A stretch of 64,000 nt of DNA, taken from Rubrivivax sp. Lineage in GTDB: Bacteria; Pseudomonadota; Gammaproteobacteria; Burkholderiales; Burkholderiaceae_C. The stretch lies in NCBI GenBank assembly GCA_031400795.1, contig JANNQO010000088.1, forward strand, positions 14,460 to 78,459, in the 5' to 3' direction. Under the pieces are notes generated by a model. It did no database searches and was not told the DNA's origin. It worked only from the letters and a program-made list of their open reading frames with translations. Of the stretch, positions 16,679 through 28,597 are shown piece after piece. Position numbers and translations under genes: made by a program. The stretch's first letter is position 1; each line of letters begins with the position of its first letter.

Positions 16679-18766
16679 TCAGCGTTGCGCGGCCGGCTTC
16701 AGCGGCACCGCCAGCAAGGCCCAGCGCCTGCCCAGCGCCAGGGTCTGACAGATGCTGGCCATTGGCGCCCCGGGGCCAACCATGCCGGTGCCGATGATGT
16801 CGTACGGGCCGCTCGGCCCGGTCATGTCGCTGACGGCCTGCCAGCGCAAGCTTTGCCCGCTGCCGGGGGTGACGGACATCGCATCCGAATTCACCGCCAG
16901 CACGCTGGCCACCAGCGGTGCCGACTCGTTGGCCAGCGTCACGCAGGCCGACGTCGTGCTGTTGGCACCCGCGCGCAGCACGCCGAAAGGCACCGTCTGG
17001 TGCACCCCGCTGAAGGTCATCGCGCCACCGACGATGTCGTTGTCGTTGGCCAGTTTCACCTTCACCGTGGCCGTTCCGACCGGCGGCGCGATGAGGTACC
17101 ACAGCTCGACCCGGTTGTCGCACGACTGGCCGTTTTGCGCGCCCAGGCGCGTTAGGTTCACGCCGCCGTAGGTGATGCTGGTGGCCGACGAACTGTCGTC
17201 GGTGGTGGCCACGCCGACCAGCAGCAACCGGTTGCTCAGCGCCGCGGTGGTGTGCGACCACGACAGCGACGTGCTCTCGGTATTGCTGTAGCTCGAGGTG
17301 CTGACCGCGAGGCCGCCGTCGAACAGGAATTGCGACTTCGCCCAGGCTTGCTGACCCGCCAGATTGCCGAGCGCCTGGCCCACCGTGTTGTCGTCGGAAA
17401 AGTGGATGCCGGCGTACAGGCGCGACAACCCGGCATCGGTGACCGCGGCGGTAAAAGTGGCGTAGCCGAGCGAGGTTGGGACGGCAGGCACGCCCGGCTC
17501 GACGCGGCCGAAGTTCGGCGGGATCACGGTGGAGAAGCCGAAGTTGTCGCTGCCCGTGAAGGCCCGCAGCACCGTGGCGCTGGCGGCCGAGAAGGTCGAG
17601 TGGCCCGAGACCCAGCCCGGGAAGGATGGCGTCAGGTTGCTGCCCGGGTTGTAGGGCGTCCACTTGCCGCCGTCGATGGTCTGGATGGGCTGGCCGGGGC
17701 CGCCCCAGGCCAGCACGGGCACGCCTTGCCTGAAATAGCGCACGCCGGTGATGGGGCGCACGCCGTCGTACTTGCGTTTCACGTGCCAGGCCAGGATGCC
17801 GGCGTCGAACGATGCGTTCTGCATCGCGAAGAACATCTTCACGTCCTTGTCGATGCTGTTGTTGTCGCGCTGCGAGACGTACTGCGCGAACAGCGACCAG
17901 TGGCCCGGCGGCAACTCGGAAGCGGGGCCGTCGGCCCAGTACTCGACGATGACCTTCTGCTGCATCGTCAACGTGCTGCTGATGGCGAGCATCTGATTGA
18001 TGTCGGCCTGGTACTGTGCTGCGCTTTGCAGGTAGTTCGGGCCGGCGACGACCTCGGGGCGACCGTCGAACTGCGTCGCGGAGGTCAAAGCGAAGGGCCG
18101 CACGTTCTCCCAGTGCGGTGCCACAAACTTCTGCGTCACGCCCAGATCGTTGATCAGCGGTTGCCAGCGGTAGGGGTTGGAGATGTTCAGCGGACAAGCG
18201 CCCTGCGTCGTCGGCAGACAGAACGGCATCGGCGCGTTGGCGCTGGCGTAGCCGGTGTAGTCGCCGTAGGCGCCTGGGGCCAGATCGCCGTACTGGTTGG
18301 AGCCGTCGTTGCGCCGGTTGGCGATCACCGCCGTGGCCGCCGCATTGCCGATGCCTTGCGGCGTGGCCAGGTTGGTGGACGAGTCATTCGGGTCGTAGCC
18401 CCGGCCCTGCATCACGGTGGTCAGGCGCGCGGTGCCGTCGGGGAACAGGTTGACCAGGCAGCGGTAGGCAGCGAAGCTCACCGCCTTGGCCTTGTTGGCG
18501 TCGGTGTACTCGGCCGCCGGGCGCCGTGGTGTGGCAACCACGGTACCGATGGCGCGCGCGTCGTACGAGGTCCAGGCGTCGTACATGCAGGTGTGGGCCA
18601 CGGCCAGGGCGCGCGCCACCACCGGCGGGCCGAGCTTGCCACGGCGCACTTCTTCCAACGCGGCCTGGTTCCAGGTGACGACCACGGTCGGTGTCGCCCG
18701 GGCCGCGCCGGCCAGCAGCGCAAGCGCGCCGAACCCGATCGCAAGGCTTGCCTTCTGCAACATCAC
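16679..18766 (-). CDS. Secreted vanadium-haloperoxidase/PAP2-superfamily protein with an extra ~210-aa C-terminal domain
   Basis: 695-aa ORF. Signal peptide. PAP2/VHPO motifs HVKRKYDGVRP (KxxxxxxRP), PGWVSGHSTF (SGH), SRLYAGIHFSDD (SRxxxGxH). Residues after ~480 form a Ser/Thr/Val-rich region with no domain I recognise. Confidence 0.72.
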   Translation of the reverse strand: MMLQKASLAIGFGALALLAGAARATPTVVVTWNQAALEEVRRGKLGPPVVARALAVAHTCMYDAWTSYDARAIGTVVATPRRPAAEYTDANKAKAVSFAAYRCLVNLFPDGTARLTTVMQGRGYDPNDSSTNLATPQGIGNAAATAVIANRRNDGSNQYGDLAPGAYGDYTGYASANAPMPFCLPTTQGACPLNISNPYRWQPLINDLGVTQKFVAPHWENVRPFALTSATQFDGRPEVVAGPNYLQSAAQYQADINQMLAISSTLTMQQKVIVEYWADGPASELPPGHWSLFAQYVSQRDNNSIDKDVKMFFAMQNASFDAGILAWHVKRKYDGVRPITGVRYFRQGVPVLAWGGPGQPIQTIDGGKWTPYNPGSNLTPSFPGWVSGHSTFSAASATVLRAFTGSDNFGFSTVIPPNFGRVEPGVPAVPTSLGYATFTAAVTDAGLSRLYAGIHFSDDNTVGQALGNLAGQQAWAKSQFLFDGGLAVSTSSYSNTESTSLSWSHTTAALSNRLLLVGVATTDDSSSATSITYGGVNLTRLGAQNGQSCDNRVELWYLIAPPVGTATVKVKLANDNDIVGGAMTFSGVHQTVPFGVLRAGANSTTSACVTLANESAPLVASVLAVNSDAMSVTPGSGQSLRWQAVSDMTGPSGPYDIIGTGMVGPGAPMASICQTLALGRRWALLAVPLKPAAQR

Positions 18767-18879
18767 AGTCCCTCCAACAGCAGCGCGTGCATTCGCGCTT
18801 TGCGTTCCCCCCTTGAGTCTGCAAGCAATCGCAAACAGTTACAAGCAGGGTCCCCTTGGCCGGGGGGTCGGCAACCCGC

Positions 18880-19757
<878 letters not shown>

Positions 19758-19758
<1 letters not shown>

Positions 19759-21374
19759 CAGCGCTTGGCTTTCTTCGGTGCCGCTTTGCGCGAGCGCGTG
19801 ACAGTCGCCACCGCCGCATCCATCGCCGTGCCGACCATGCTCTTGGTCATCTTGCCCATCGCAGCACCCACGGCGTTGGAGAGCCTTCGCGTGGCCTTGG
19901 CCACCAGCGGCTCGGGCTCGGGGGTATCGATGTGATCGGCGTCGCCGGGCCGCGGCAGCGCGCGCAGGTCGTCGAAAGCGATGCGCATCGCGTCGGCCAG
20001 CTCGCGCAGGTCAGGCGCTGCCGCCGCATCGGCGATCAGGCCGAAATCCAGCGACTGGTGGTAGCTCTGCACGGTGATGTTCAACGCCATGCCGTGCACG
20101 ACGATCGATGTCGGGTAGTTGGTGATCATCTTCGCACCCGCGATGTACAGCGGCACCGGCGGCCCGGGCACGTTGGAGATGACGACGTTGGCCACCTGCG
20201 GGATGCGGTCGGCGAGCTTGGCGCGGCCGTACAGCGCGGTGGCCGCTTCCATCAGCCACGGGAGGCCCATCGACGGGAAGTCGGTCGGCAGGATGCTCTT
20301 GATGCTGCCCATCGTCTCTTTCATCGAAGCGCTGGCGGCCTTCACGTGCTTCAGTCGCTTCATCGGGTCGGCGATGTGCGTGCCCAGGCTGATGAAGCTC
20401 ATCGAGGCCTGGTTGTCGCTGCTCGTGTCGCCTTGGGCGCGCAGCGAGATCGGTACCGCGGCGATCAGCGACTTCTTCGGCAGCAGCCGCTTACCCGCGA
20501 AGTAGCGGCGCAGTGCGGTGCTGCACACCATCAGCACCATGTCGTTGATGGTGGCTTCGTGCGCGCGGCCGAGCGCCTTGAGTTCGGCCAGCGGGAGGGT
20601 CACCGCGGCGAACGAGCGGCCTGCGGTGACCGAGGCGTTGAACGGCGTGCGCGGTGCGAGCGTGAGGTTACTCGGCCGCTTGGCGCTGCCGCCGCCGAAC
20701 AGCGCCGAGTTCGCGGCTGCTTTGCTCGCCGCGTCCTTCAGCGTGCCCACGGTGGAGGGCAACTCCTTGACGATTTGCGCCACCTTCTGCGCCTGGTTGG
20801 CGATCACGCCGCGCAGCATTTCGGTCATCTCCAGGCGGAAGGTCTTCTGCCGGCCCGACGGGCGGGCTTCGATCGTGCGTGGCTCGGGCGTCACGTCCAG
20901 GATCGCGTTGGCCAGCGCCACTGCCGCCTGGCCGTCCACCGCGGCGTGGTGCAGCTGCGTGTACATCGCCACGCGCTTGCGGCCGCTGGCCGAAGGCGCC
21001 AGGCCTTCGAAGACGTGGAACTTCCACAGCGGCTTCTTGCGATCGAGCAGCACCGGGTGCAGGCGGCCGACCTCGTCTTCCAGCTCGCGCAGGCCGGCGC
21101 CCTTGGGCAGTTTGATTTCGACGATGTGCTGCGTGAGATCGGGCTCGGCGTCCACCCAGGCCGGATTGGCCAGGTTCAGCGGCATCCACCAGAGCTTGCG
21201 GCGCAACGCCGGCGTGAGCACCAGGCGCTGCGCCATGTGCTTGCGCAAGGCGGTGACGAACTTGCCTTTGTAGCCCGGCGGCAGCTCGAACAGGTGCAGC
21301 GCGCCCACGTGCATCGGCATCTGCGCGGTTTCGAGGTAGAGAAACGTGGCGTCCAGGCCGGAGAGTTGTTTCAT
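19758..21374 (-). CDS. Wax ester synthase/acyl-CoA:diacylglycerol acyltransferase (WS/DGAT) family
   Basis: 538-aa ORF. N-terminal LSGLDATFLYLET. Catalytic HHAAVDG (HHxxxDG). A ~65-aa Lys/Ala-rich C-terminal tail extends beyond the usual family length. Confidence 0.88.
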
Positions 21375-21398
21375 GCGCGCTCCCGCTGTTCACGCATG

Positions 21399-22307
21399 CT
21401 AGGGCGCGGCCTGTGCACCCCGGCCCCGGGGAGTCCCTAGCAGCGCGAGCGTCTCGTTCAACGCAAGAGCGCCGAGCACCAGGGCGCCACCGCCGAGCAC
21501 CGCAGCACTCGGCGCCTCGCCAGCCCCCAGCCAGGCCCACAACACGCCAAACACCACTTCGAGCAGCGCGAACAGCGAGATCTCGGGCGCCGGCAGCACG
21601 CGCGCCACTGCCACTGCCATCAGGCAGGGAATCGCGAGCTGCACGACACCGAGCAGCGCGAGCCAGCCGATGTCCACCGCCGTGGCGGCGAAGGGCAGCG
21701 ACAGCGGCAGCGTGATCAGCGCGGACAGCACGGCGCCGATCAGCACCGCCGGCAGCATGTCATTGCCGGCAGCGTCACGCCCGCGCAAGTGTTGAAGCAG
21801 CGTCCAGTTCACCGCCGCCGCCACCGGCACCGCCAGCGCCACTGCGGTGCCGAGCAGATGCCGCGGGTCGGCGCCGCTGACCTCACGCCCGTACATCCAT
21901 CCGATGCCGATACCGGCCACGATGATCGCCATCCAGGTGCGCAGCGCCAGCCGATGGCCGAGCACGGCGCGCGCCATCAGCGACGTGAGCAGCGGTGCCA
22001 CCGCCAACGTCACCAGCACGTTGGCCACCGTGGTCAGCGTGATCGCCACCATGAAGGCCGTGAACATCACGCACCAGCACACGCCTGACAGCCACAGCGC
22101 CCTGCCCCCGCCGATGATCGACTGCCACAGCACGCGCGGCCCGCGCAGCCACGACAGCAGACCGACCAGCGCCACCGCGTTGAAAGCGCTGCGCCAGAAG
22201 GTCATTTCGAAGCCGCGCGCCGCTTCGAGCTGGCGCGAGACCACGCCGGCGATGCTCCACAGCATCGCCGCGGCGATCATCATCAGCATCGCACGGCGGT
22301 GCGTCAT
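21399..22307 (-). CDS. EamA/DMT-superfamily transporter
   Basis: 302-aa ORF, about 10 hydrophobic helices arranged as two EamA-like repeats. Confidence 0.82.
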   Translation of the reverse strand: MTHRRAMLMMIAAAMLWSIAGVVSRQLEAARGFEMTFWRSAFNAVALVGLLSWLRGPRVLWQSIIGGGRALWLSGVCWCVMFTAFMVAITLTTVANVLVTLAVAPLLTSLMARAVLGHRLALRTWMAIIVAGIGIGWMYGREVSGADPRHLLGTAVALAVPVAAAVNWTLLQHLRGRDAAGNDMLPAVLIGAVLSALITLPLSLPFAATAVDIGWLALLGVVQLAIPCLMAVAVARVLPAPEISLFALLEVVFGVLWAWLGAGEAPSAAVLGGGALVLGALALNETLALLGTPRGRGAQAAP

Positions 22308-22320
22308 CCGTGCAACACCC

Positions 22321-24150
22321 TCAGGCGGCCTCGCGGCTCGCTCGCTTGCGGTCGTGCTCCTTCAGGAAGCGCTTGCGCACGCGGATGCTCTTCGGCGTGA
22401 TCTCGACCAGCTCGTCGTCGTCGATGAACTCCACCGCGTACTCCAGCGTCACATCGATCGCCGGCGTGATCTTGATCGCGTCTTCCTTGCCGCTGACGCG
22501 GAAGTTGGTGAGCTGCTTCTGGCGTACCGCGTTCACCACCAGGTCGTTGTCGCGGCTGTGGATGCCCACCACCATGCCTTCGTAGACCGGGTCGCCGGCG
22601 CGCACGAACATGCGCCCGCGGTCGTCGAGCTTTCCGAGCGCGTAGGTGACGATCTCGCCGTCGTCCATGCTGATCAGCACGCCGTTCTTGCGCCCGGCGA
22701 TCTCGCCCTTGTAGGCCTCGTAGCCGTCGAAGATGTTGCTGATCAGGCCGGTGCCGCGCGTCAGGTTCATGAACTCGTTGCTGAATCCGATCAGGCCGCG
22801 CGCCGGGATGCGGTACTCCAGCCGCACGCGGCCGCGCCCGTCGGTCTCCATGTTCACGAGTTCGCCCTTGCGCTCGCCCAACGCCTGCATCACACCGCCC
22901 TGGTGCTGGTCTTCGATATCGGCGGTGACGAGTTCGATCGGCTCGTGGCGTTCGCCGCCGACGTCGTGGAAAACGACGCGCGGCTTGCCCACGGCCAGCT
23001 CGTAGCCTTCGCGGCGCATGTTCTCCAAGAGGATCGTCAGATGCAGTTCGCCGCGCCCGGAGACCTCGAAGATGCCGTCTTCGCCCGACTCCACCACGCG
23101 CAGCGCGACGTTGGATTGCAGCTCTTTCTGCAGCCGGTCCCAGATCTGCCGGCTGGTGACGAACTTGCCTTCGCGTCCGGCCAGCGGCGAGGTGTTGACG
23201 CAGAAGTTCATCGTCAGCGTCGGCTCGTCGACCTCCAGCATCGGCAGCGGCTGCGGCGCGAGCGGGTCGGTGATGGTGACGCCGATGCCGATGTCTTCGA
23301 GGCCGTTGACGAGCACGATGTCGCCTGGTCCGGCGCTTTCGACCTGCAAGCGCTCCAGGCCCTCGAAGGTCAGCACCTGGTTGATGCGGCCCTTCACCTG
23401 CTTGCCGTCGAGGCCTTCGGTGACCAGCACCTCCATGCCCGGCTTGATGGTGCCGGTGTTGACGCGCCCGACACCGATCCGGCCGACGTAGGTGGAAAAG
23501 TCGATCGACGAGATCTGCAGCTGCAGCGGCGCGGCCGGGTCGCCTTCGTGCTCGGGCACATGCGCGAGGATGGTTTCAAACAGCGGCTGCAGGTCGCCGC
23601 CCCAGGCCTCGCCGGCGGGGCCTTCTTTCATCGACGCCCAGCCGTTCAGGCCCGACGCGTAGACGACCGGGAAGTCGAGCTGGTCTTCGGTGGCGCCGAG
23701 CTTGTCGAAGAGTTCGAAGGCGGCGTTGATCACGTAGTCGGGCCGCGATCCGGGCTTGTCGACCTTGTTGACGACGACGATCGGCTTCAAGCCCAGTGCC
23801 AGCGCTTTCTTCGTGACGAAGCGCGTCTGCGGCATCGGGCCTTCCTGCGCGTCGATCAGCAGCACCACGCCGTCGACCATCGACAGCGCCCGCTCGACCT
23901 CGCCGCCGAAATCGGCGTGGCCGGGCGTATCGACGATGTTGATGTGCGTGCCGCCCCAGCGCACCGCGCAGTTCTTGGCCAGGATCGTGATGCCACGCTC
24001 GCGCTCGATGTCGTTGCTGTCCATCACACGCTCGGCGATGCGCTCGTTCTCGCGGAAGGTGCCGCTCTGGCGCAAGAGTTGGTCGACCAGCGTGGTCTTG
24101 CCATGGTCGACATGGGCGATGATGGCGATGTTGCGGATCGGATGGGTCAT
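22321..24150 (-). CDS. typA: Translational GTPase TypA/BipA
   Basis: 609-aa [39 protein letters not shown]-motifs and full-length similarity to BipA. Confidence 0.95.
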   Translation of the reverse strand: MTHPIRNIAIIAHVDHGKTTLVDQLLRQSGTFRENERIAERVMDSNDIERERGITILAKNCAVRWGGTHINIVDTPGHADFGGEVERALSMVDGVVLLIDAQEGPMPQTRFVTKKALALGLKPIVVVNKVDKPGSRPDYVINAAFELFDKLGATEDQLDFPVVYASGLNGWASMKEGPAGEAWGGDLQPLFETILAHVPEHEGDPAAPLQLQISSIDFSTYVGRIGVGRVNTGTIKPGMEVLVTEGLDGKQVKGRINQVLTFEGLERLQVESAGPGDIVLVNGLEDIGIGVTITDPLAPQPLPMLEVDEPTLTMNFCVNTSPLAGREGKFVTSRQIWDRLQKELQSNVALRVVESGEDGIFEVSGRGELHLTILLENMRREGYELAVGKPRVVFHDVGGERHEPIELVTADIEDQHQGGVMQALGERKGELVNMETDGRGRVRLEYRIPARGLIGFSNEFMNLTRGTGLISNIFDGYEAYKGEIAGRKNGVLISMDDGEIVTYALGKLDDRGRMFVRAGDPVYEGMVVGIHSRDNDLVVNAVRQKQLTNFRVSGKEDAIKITPAIDVTLEYAVEFIDDDELVEITPKSIRVRKRFLKEHDRKRASREAA

Positions 24151-24158
24151 GTGGAACT

Positions 24159-25157
24159 TTAGGAGGTGAGAGCCTGCACCTCGAGGGGACTGAGCAAGCG
24201 GTCGGCGATCAATTCGCCGGCGGTGATGTGGGCGGTGCCGAGAAACGCGGGAAAAACGCCGCTGCCGTAGACGCGCACCGCAGCGGCGTCGGACAGCTCG
24301 ATACGGCGGCGCAGCCCGGTGAGAAAACGACCCGCATCATCGGGCGGCAATGTGACAACGGGCCAGCCGCCGAGCAGCACGTCGGGTGGCAGCAGCCTTG
24401 CGTCACGCTCGGCTTCGTGCATCCCGGCGAGTTGTTCGATGGTGATCGCAGCGTCGAGCGTCAGCGCGCCGCTGCCGGTGCGGCGCAGTGCGGCCAGGTG
24501 CGCACCGCAACCGAGGGCCGCGCCGATGTCCTCGGCCAAGGTCCGGATGTAGGTACCTTTCGAGCAGCTCACGTCGATGGTCAACATCGGTGACGCCCAC
24601 TCGACCACGCTGAGCGAGTGGATCGACACGCGGCGCGGCTTGCGCTCGACCTCGATGCCTTCGCGGGCGTACTCGTAGAGGGCCCGGCCTTGGTGCTTGA
24701 GCGCCGAGTGCATCGGCGGGCGCTGCGCTTGTTCGCCGGTGAAGCGTACGCAGGCGGCTTCGATGGCCGACATCGTCACGGCCACCGGATGCTCATCGAT
24801 GACTTCGCCTTCGCGGTCGCCGGTGTTCGTGCGCTGGCCCAGGTGCAGCGTGGCCCGGTAGCGCTTGTCGGCGTCCAGGCTGGCCTGCGCGAACTTGGTC
24901 GCGGCGCCGAAGCACAGCGGCAAGAGGCCGCTGGCCAGTGGGTCGAGCGTTCCGGTATGGCCGCCCTTGTGCGCGCGCAGCAAGCCCTTGGCCTTCTGCA
25001 AAACGTCGTTGCTCGTCCAGCCCAGAGACTTGTCCACCAGCAGCACGCCGTGCAGCACCCTGCGCGGCGCCCGGACAAGCGGCCGCCGCGGATCTGGATT
25101 CGCCGCTGCGCTGGGGGCGCCGGGGGGAGACGGCGCAGCCGCTTCGGGGGGAGTCAT
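24159..25157 (-). CDS. truB: tRNA pseudouridine(55) synthase TruB
   Basis: 332-aa [20 protein letters not shown] and [18 protein letters not shown] (catalytic Asp) motifs. ATGA overlap with the rbfA stop. The N-terminal Pro/Ala extension makes the exact start uncertain. Confidence 0.9.
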   Translation of the reverse strand: MTPPEAAAPSPPGAPSAAANPDPRRPLVRAPRRVLHGVLLVDKSLGWTSNDVLQKAKGLLRAHKGGHTGTLDPLASGLLPLCFGAATKFAQASLDADKRYRATLHLGQRTNTGDREGEVIDEHPVAVTMSAIEAACVRFTGEQAQRPPMHSALKHQGRALYEYAREGIEVERKPRRVSIHSLSVVEWASPMLTIDVSCSKGTYIRTLAEDIGAALGCGAHLAALRRTGSGALTLDAAITIEQLAGMHEAERDARLLPPDVLLGGWPVVTLPPDDAGRFLTGLRRRIELSDAAAVRVYGSGVFPAFLGTAHITAGELIADRLLSPLEVQALTS

Positions 25158-25516
25158 TCTTTCGCTCGCGTCGCGTTGGCTCTGGCGATCAGCGCCGACA
25201 GATCGGCGGCGCGCTCGGTGGTGCGGTCGAAGTGGAAGTGCAGCGTCGGCACCGTGTGGATCGAGAGCCGCTTGAAGAGCCCGTTGCGCAGGAAGCCCGC
25301 CGCCTCGTTCAACGCGTCGGCGCTCTCCTGCGGTTCGCCCACCAGCACCGAAAAGTAGATCTGCGCATGCGCGTAGTCGGGCGAGACCTCGACGCTGTTG
25401 ATCGTGACCATGCCGATGCGCGGATCCTTCAGATCGCGCACGAGTTGGGCCACGTCGCGCTGGATCTGGTCGGCGACGCGGTGGCTTCGGTTGGGGGCTG
25501 ATTTCTTGTGTCGCAT
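25154..25516 (-). CDS. rbfA: Ribosome-binding factor A
   Basis: Part of ORF 25154..25537 from ATG 25516. [15 protein letters not shown]...[20 protein letters not shown] matches RbfA. Sits in the conserved infB-rbfA-truB order. Confidence 0.9.
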   Translation of the reverse strand: MRHKKSAPNRSHRVADQIQRDVAQLVRDLKDPRIGMVTINSVEVSPDYAHAQIYFSVLVGEPQESADALNEAAGFLRNGLFKRLSIHTVPTLHFHFDRTTERAADLSALIARANATRAKE

Positions 25517-25592
25517 GGGATCCGGCTCCAAAAGCAAACAGCCCCGCCGGTTCGGGCGGGGCTGATCGCTTGGCTAGCGTTCCGCGCCCGCA

Positions 25593-28469
25593 CTACAAGG
25601 TGCGCGCCACTTCCTTGACTTCGAAGAACTCGAGCTGGTCGCCTTCCTTGATGTCGTTGAAGTTCTTCAGCTTGATGCCGCACTCGAAGCCTTCCTTGAC
25701 CTCGCGCACGTCGTCCTTCATGCGCTTCAAGGACTCGAGCTCGCCGGTGTAGACGACCACGTTCTCGCGCAGCAGGCGGAAGCGCGCGTTGCGATGCACC
25801 TGGCCGGCAGTGATCATGCAACCGGCCACCGTGCCGATCTTGGTGGCTACGAACACGGTGCGGATCTCGGCCATGCCGATGATCTCTTCCTTCTGCTCGG
25901 GCGCCAGCATGCCGCCCATCGCCAGCTTCACCTCGTCCACGGCGTCGTAGATGATGTTGTAGTAGCGCAGGTCGACGCCGTTGTTCTCAGCGAGCTTGCG
26001 CGCCCCCGCATCGGCACGCGTGTTGAAGCCGATGATGACGGCCTTGGACGCGATCGCCAGGTTGATGTCGCTCTCGCTGATGCCGCCCACCGCGGCATGC
26101 ACGATCTGCACCTTGACCTCGGCAGTGGAAAGCTTGAGCAGACTCTGTGCCAGCGCTTCCTGCGAGCCCTGCACGTCGGCCTTGATGATCAGGGACAGCG
26201 TCTGCGCATCGCCCTGGCCCATGTTCTCGAACATGCCCTCGAGCTTGGCGGCCTGGCGCTTGTTCAGCGTCACCTCGCGGTACTTGCCCTGGCGGAAAGT
26301 GGCAATCTCGCGCGCTCGGCGCTCGTCGCCCAGCACCATGAACTCGTCACCGGCCTGCGGCACCTCGGTGAGGCCCTGGATCTCCACCGGCATCGACGGC
26401 CCGGCTTCGGCGGTGGCCTTGCCGTCTTCGTCGAGCATGGCGCGCACGCGGCCGTAGCTCGAGCCGGCCAGCACCACGTCGCCGCGCCTCAAGGTGCCCG
26501 TTTGCACGAGGATCGTGGCCACCGGGCCGCGGCCCTTGTCGAGCTTGGCTTCGATGACCAGGCCCTTGGCCATCGCGTTGGTAGGCGCCCTCAGCTCCAG
26601 CACCTCGGCCTGCAGCAGCACCTGTTCGAGCAGCGTGTCGATGCCCTGCCCGGTCTTGGCCGACACCGGCACGAACGGCGAATCACCGCCGAAGTCTTCG
26701 GGCACCACGCTTTCGGCGACGAGTTCGCTCTTCACGCGCTCGAGGTTCGCGTCGGGCTTGTCGATCTTGTTCATCGCCACGACGATCGGCACGCCTGCCG
26801 CCTTGGCGTGGTGGATGGCCTCTTTGGTCTGCGGCATCACGCCGTCGTCGGCGGCCACCACCAGGATCACGATGTCGGTGGCCTTGGCGCCACGCGCACG
26901 CATCGCGGTGAACGCCGCGTGGCCGGGGGTGTCGAGGAAGGTGATCATGCCGCGCGGCGTCTGCACATGGTAGGCACCGATGTGCTGCGTGATGCCGCCC
27001 GCCTCGCCCGCCGCCACGCGCGTGGTGCGGATGTAGTCCAGGAGCGAAGTCTTGCCGTGGTCGACGTGGCCCATCACCGTGACCACCGGAGCGCGCGGCA
27101 ATTCGTCGGCGCTGGTGGCGGCTTGTTCTTCCTCGGTGAAGGCTTCCGGGTCGTCGAGCTTGGCAGCCAGCGCGCGGTGGCCCATCTCCTCGACGAGGAT
27201 CATCGCCGTCTCCTGGTCGAGCTGCTGGTTGATCGTGACCATCTGGCCGAGCTTCATCAACTGCTTGATGACCTCGCTGGCCTTCACGCTCATCTTGTGC
27301 GCCAGATCGGCCACGCTGATGGTCTCGGGCACGTGCACTTCCTGCACCACCGATTCAGCCTGCGGCGCGTAGCCGTTGCCGTCGCCGCCCCGCTCGCCGC
27401 GGCGGCCGCCGCGCGGCGCGCGCCAGCCCGATCGGCCGGCGCCGCCGTCGCTGCGGCCCTTCATCGCGGCGCGCTTCTTGGCGGCGTCATCGGCCCAGCT
27501 CGACGAGAGCTTTTCGGACTTGACCTGCTTCTTGTCGCCCGGCTTGGCAGCGGCCGGTGCGGCCGCGCCCGGCGCGGCCTTGGGTTTGTGGATGGTGCCC
27601 TTGATGGCTTCTTTGGCAGCCTCGGGCTTGACCTCTTCGGGCTTCTTCGCCACGAGGGTCTTCTTCGGTGCCGACATCATCGCGCGAATCGCCGCGGCCT
27701 CGGTCTCGGCGGCTTTGCGGCGGCGCTCGGCGTCCTGCACCTTGGCAGCGTCTTCGGCCACCTTGTCTGCGGCCTTGACAACGCGCAAGGCGGGCTTGGC
27801 GGCCGGCACTGGCGTTGCGGCAGCCGGCGCGGCTGCGACGGGCGCCACATCCTTCGCTTCGGCGATGGGCGCCGCCTTGTCGGCCCGGTCGGCCTTCTGT
27901 TCGACTGCAGGCAGCCCGGCAGGGGCCGCCGCCTGGGCAGCAGCCTCGGCAGCGGCACGCGCGGCCTCGGCGGCGGCAGCGCGGGCGGCAGCCTCGGCAG
28001 CCTGTCGTTCGCGGGTCTCTTGTTCCTCGCGCTCGCGCTGCGCGGCGGCCTCGGCTTCCAGGCGCTCGCGCTCGGCCGCCGCGGCGCGGGCGGCTTCTTC
28101 TTCGACGCGCGCGATCTCCAGTTCTTCGGCGCTCGGGCCGCTGGGCTCTTCAACCGCCGGCGCGCCGTCGCGTTTCACGAACGTGCGCTTCTTGCGCACC
28201 TCCACCTGGATGGTGCGTGCCTTGCCGCTGGCATCGGCCTGCTTGATTTCGCTGGTGCTCTTGCGCGTCAGCGTGATCTTCTTGCGCTCGCCGCTCACGA
28301 CTGTGCCATGCGAGGTGCGCAGGAAATCGAGCAGCCGTTCCTTGTCGTTGTCGGTCAGCGCATCGTCGGTGGACTGCTTGGCCACGCCGGCGGAGTGCAA
28401 CTGCTCGAGCAGGGCATGCACCGGGCGGTTGAGCTGCTGCGCGAGCTGGGCGACGGTGGTCACGGCCAT
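25593..28469 (-). CDS. infB: Translation initiation factor IF-2
   Basis: 958-aa [33 protein letters not shown]-motifs. Ala/Glu/Lys-rich N-terminal region typical of IF-2. Confidence 0.97.
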   Translation of the reverse strand: MAVTTVAQLAQQLNRPVHALLEQLHSAGVAKQSTDDALTDNDKERLLDFLRTSHGTVVSGERKKITLTRKSTSEIKQADASGKARTIQVEVRKKRTFVKRDGAPAVEEPSGPSAEELEIARVEEEAARAAAAERERLEAEAAAQREREEQETRERQAAEAAARAAAAEAARAAAEAAAQAAAPAGLPAVEQKADRADKAAPIAEAKDVAPVAAAPAAATPVPAAKPALRVVKAADKVAEDAAKVQDAERRRKAAETEAAAIRAMMSAPKKTLVAKKPEEVKPEAAKEAIKGTIHKPKAAPGAAAPAAAKPGDKKQVKSEKLSSSWADDAAKKRAAMKGRSDGGAGRSGWRAPRGGRRGERGGDGNGYAPQAESVVQEVHVPETISVADLAHKMSVKASEVIKQLMKLGQMVTINQQLDQETAMILVEEMGHRALAAKLDDPEAFTEEEQAATSADELPRAPVVTVMGHVDHGKTSLLDYIRTTRVAAGEAGGITQHIGAYHVQTPRGMITFLDTPGHAAFTAMRARGAKATDIVILVVAADDGVMPQTKEAIHHAKAAGVPIVVAMNKIDKPDANLERVKSELVAESVVPEDFGGDSPFVPVSAKTGQGIDTLLEQVLLQAEVLELRAPTNAMAKGLVIEAKLDKGRGPVATILVQTGTLRRGDVVLAGSSYGRVRAMLDEDGKATAEAGPSMPVEIQGLTEVPQAGDEFMVLGDERRAREIATFRQGKYREVTLNKRQAAKLEGMFENMGQGDAQTLSLIIKADVQGSQEALAQSLLKLSTAEVKVQIVHAAVGGISESDINLAIASKAVIIGFNTRADAGARKLAENNGVDLRYYNIIYDAVDEVKLAMGGMLAPEQKEEIIGMAEIRTVFVATKIGTVAGCMITAGQVHRNARFRLLRENVVVYTGELESLKRMKDDVREVKEGFECGIKLKNFNDIKEGDQLEFFEVKEVARTL

Positions 28470-28597
28470 GTGTCGTTAATCCTCGGGTGTCTTGTTGGGG
28501 TCAGTCGGTGGGGTCGTGGTTCGATTCCATGGCCGCGTTTATTGGAGTACCTTCGCGCTGCGCGCTGCGGCATTCGTCTTGGGAACGGTCCCGCGCC

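Noticed and set aside
27380-28150. Repetitive GC-rich DNA with recurring gcggc/gccgc units.
   Set aside because: It encodes the Ala/Glu/Lys/Arg-rich low-complexity N-terminal region of IF-2, a normal feature of infB. It is not a mobile or non-coding repeat.
28518-28528. GGTTCGATTCC, a tRNA T-loop-like motif in the nusA-infB spacer.
   Set aside because: A 5-bp T-stem can be drawn (CGTGG/CCATG with one G:U). However, no complementary acceptor stem, D-arm or anticodon arm exists in the 70 nt upstream, and the motif is on the strand opposite the operon. Judged coincidental.
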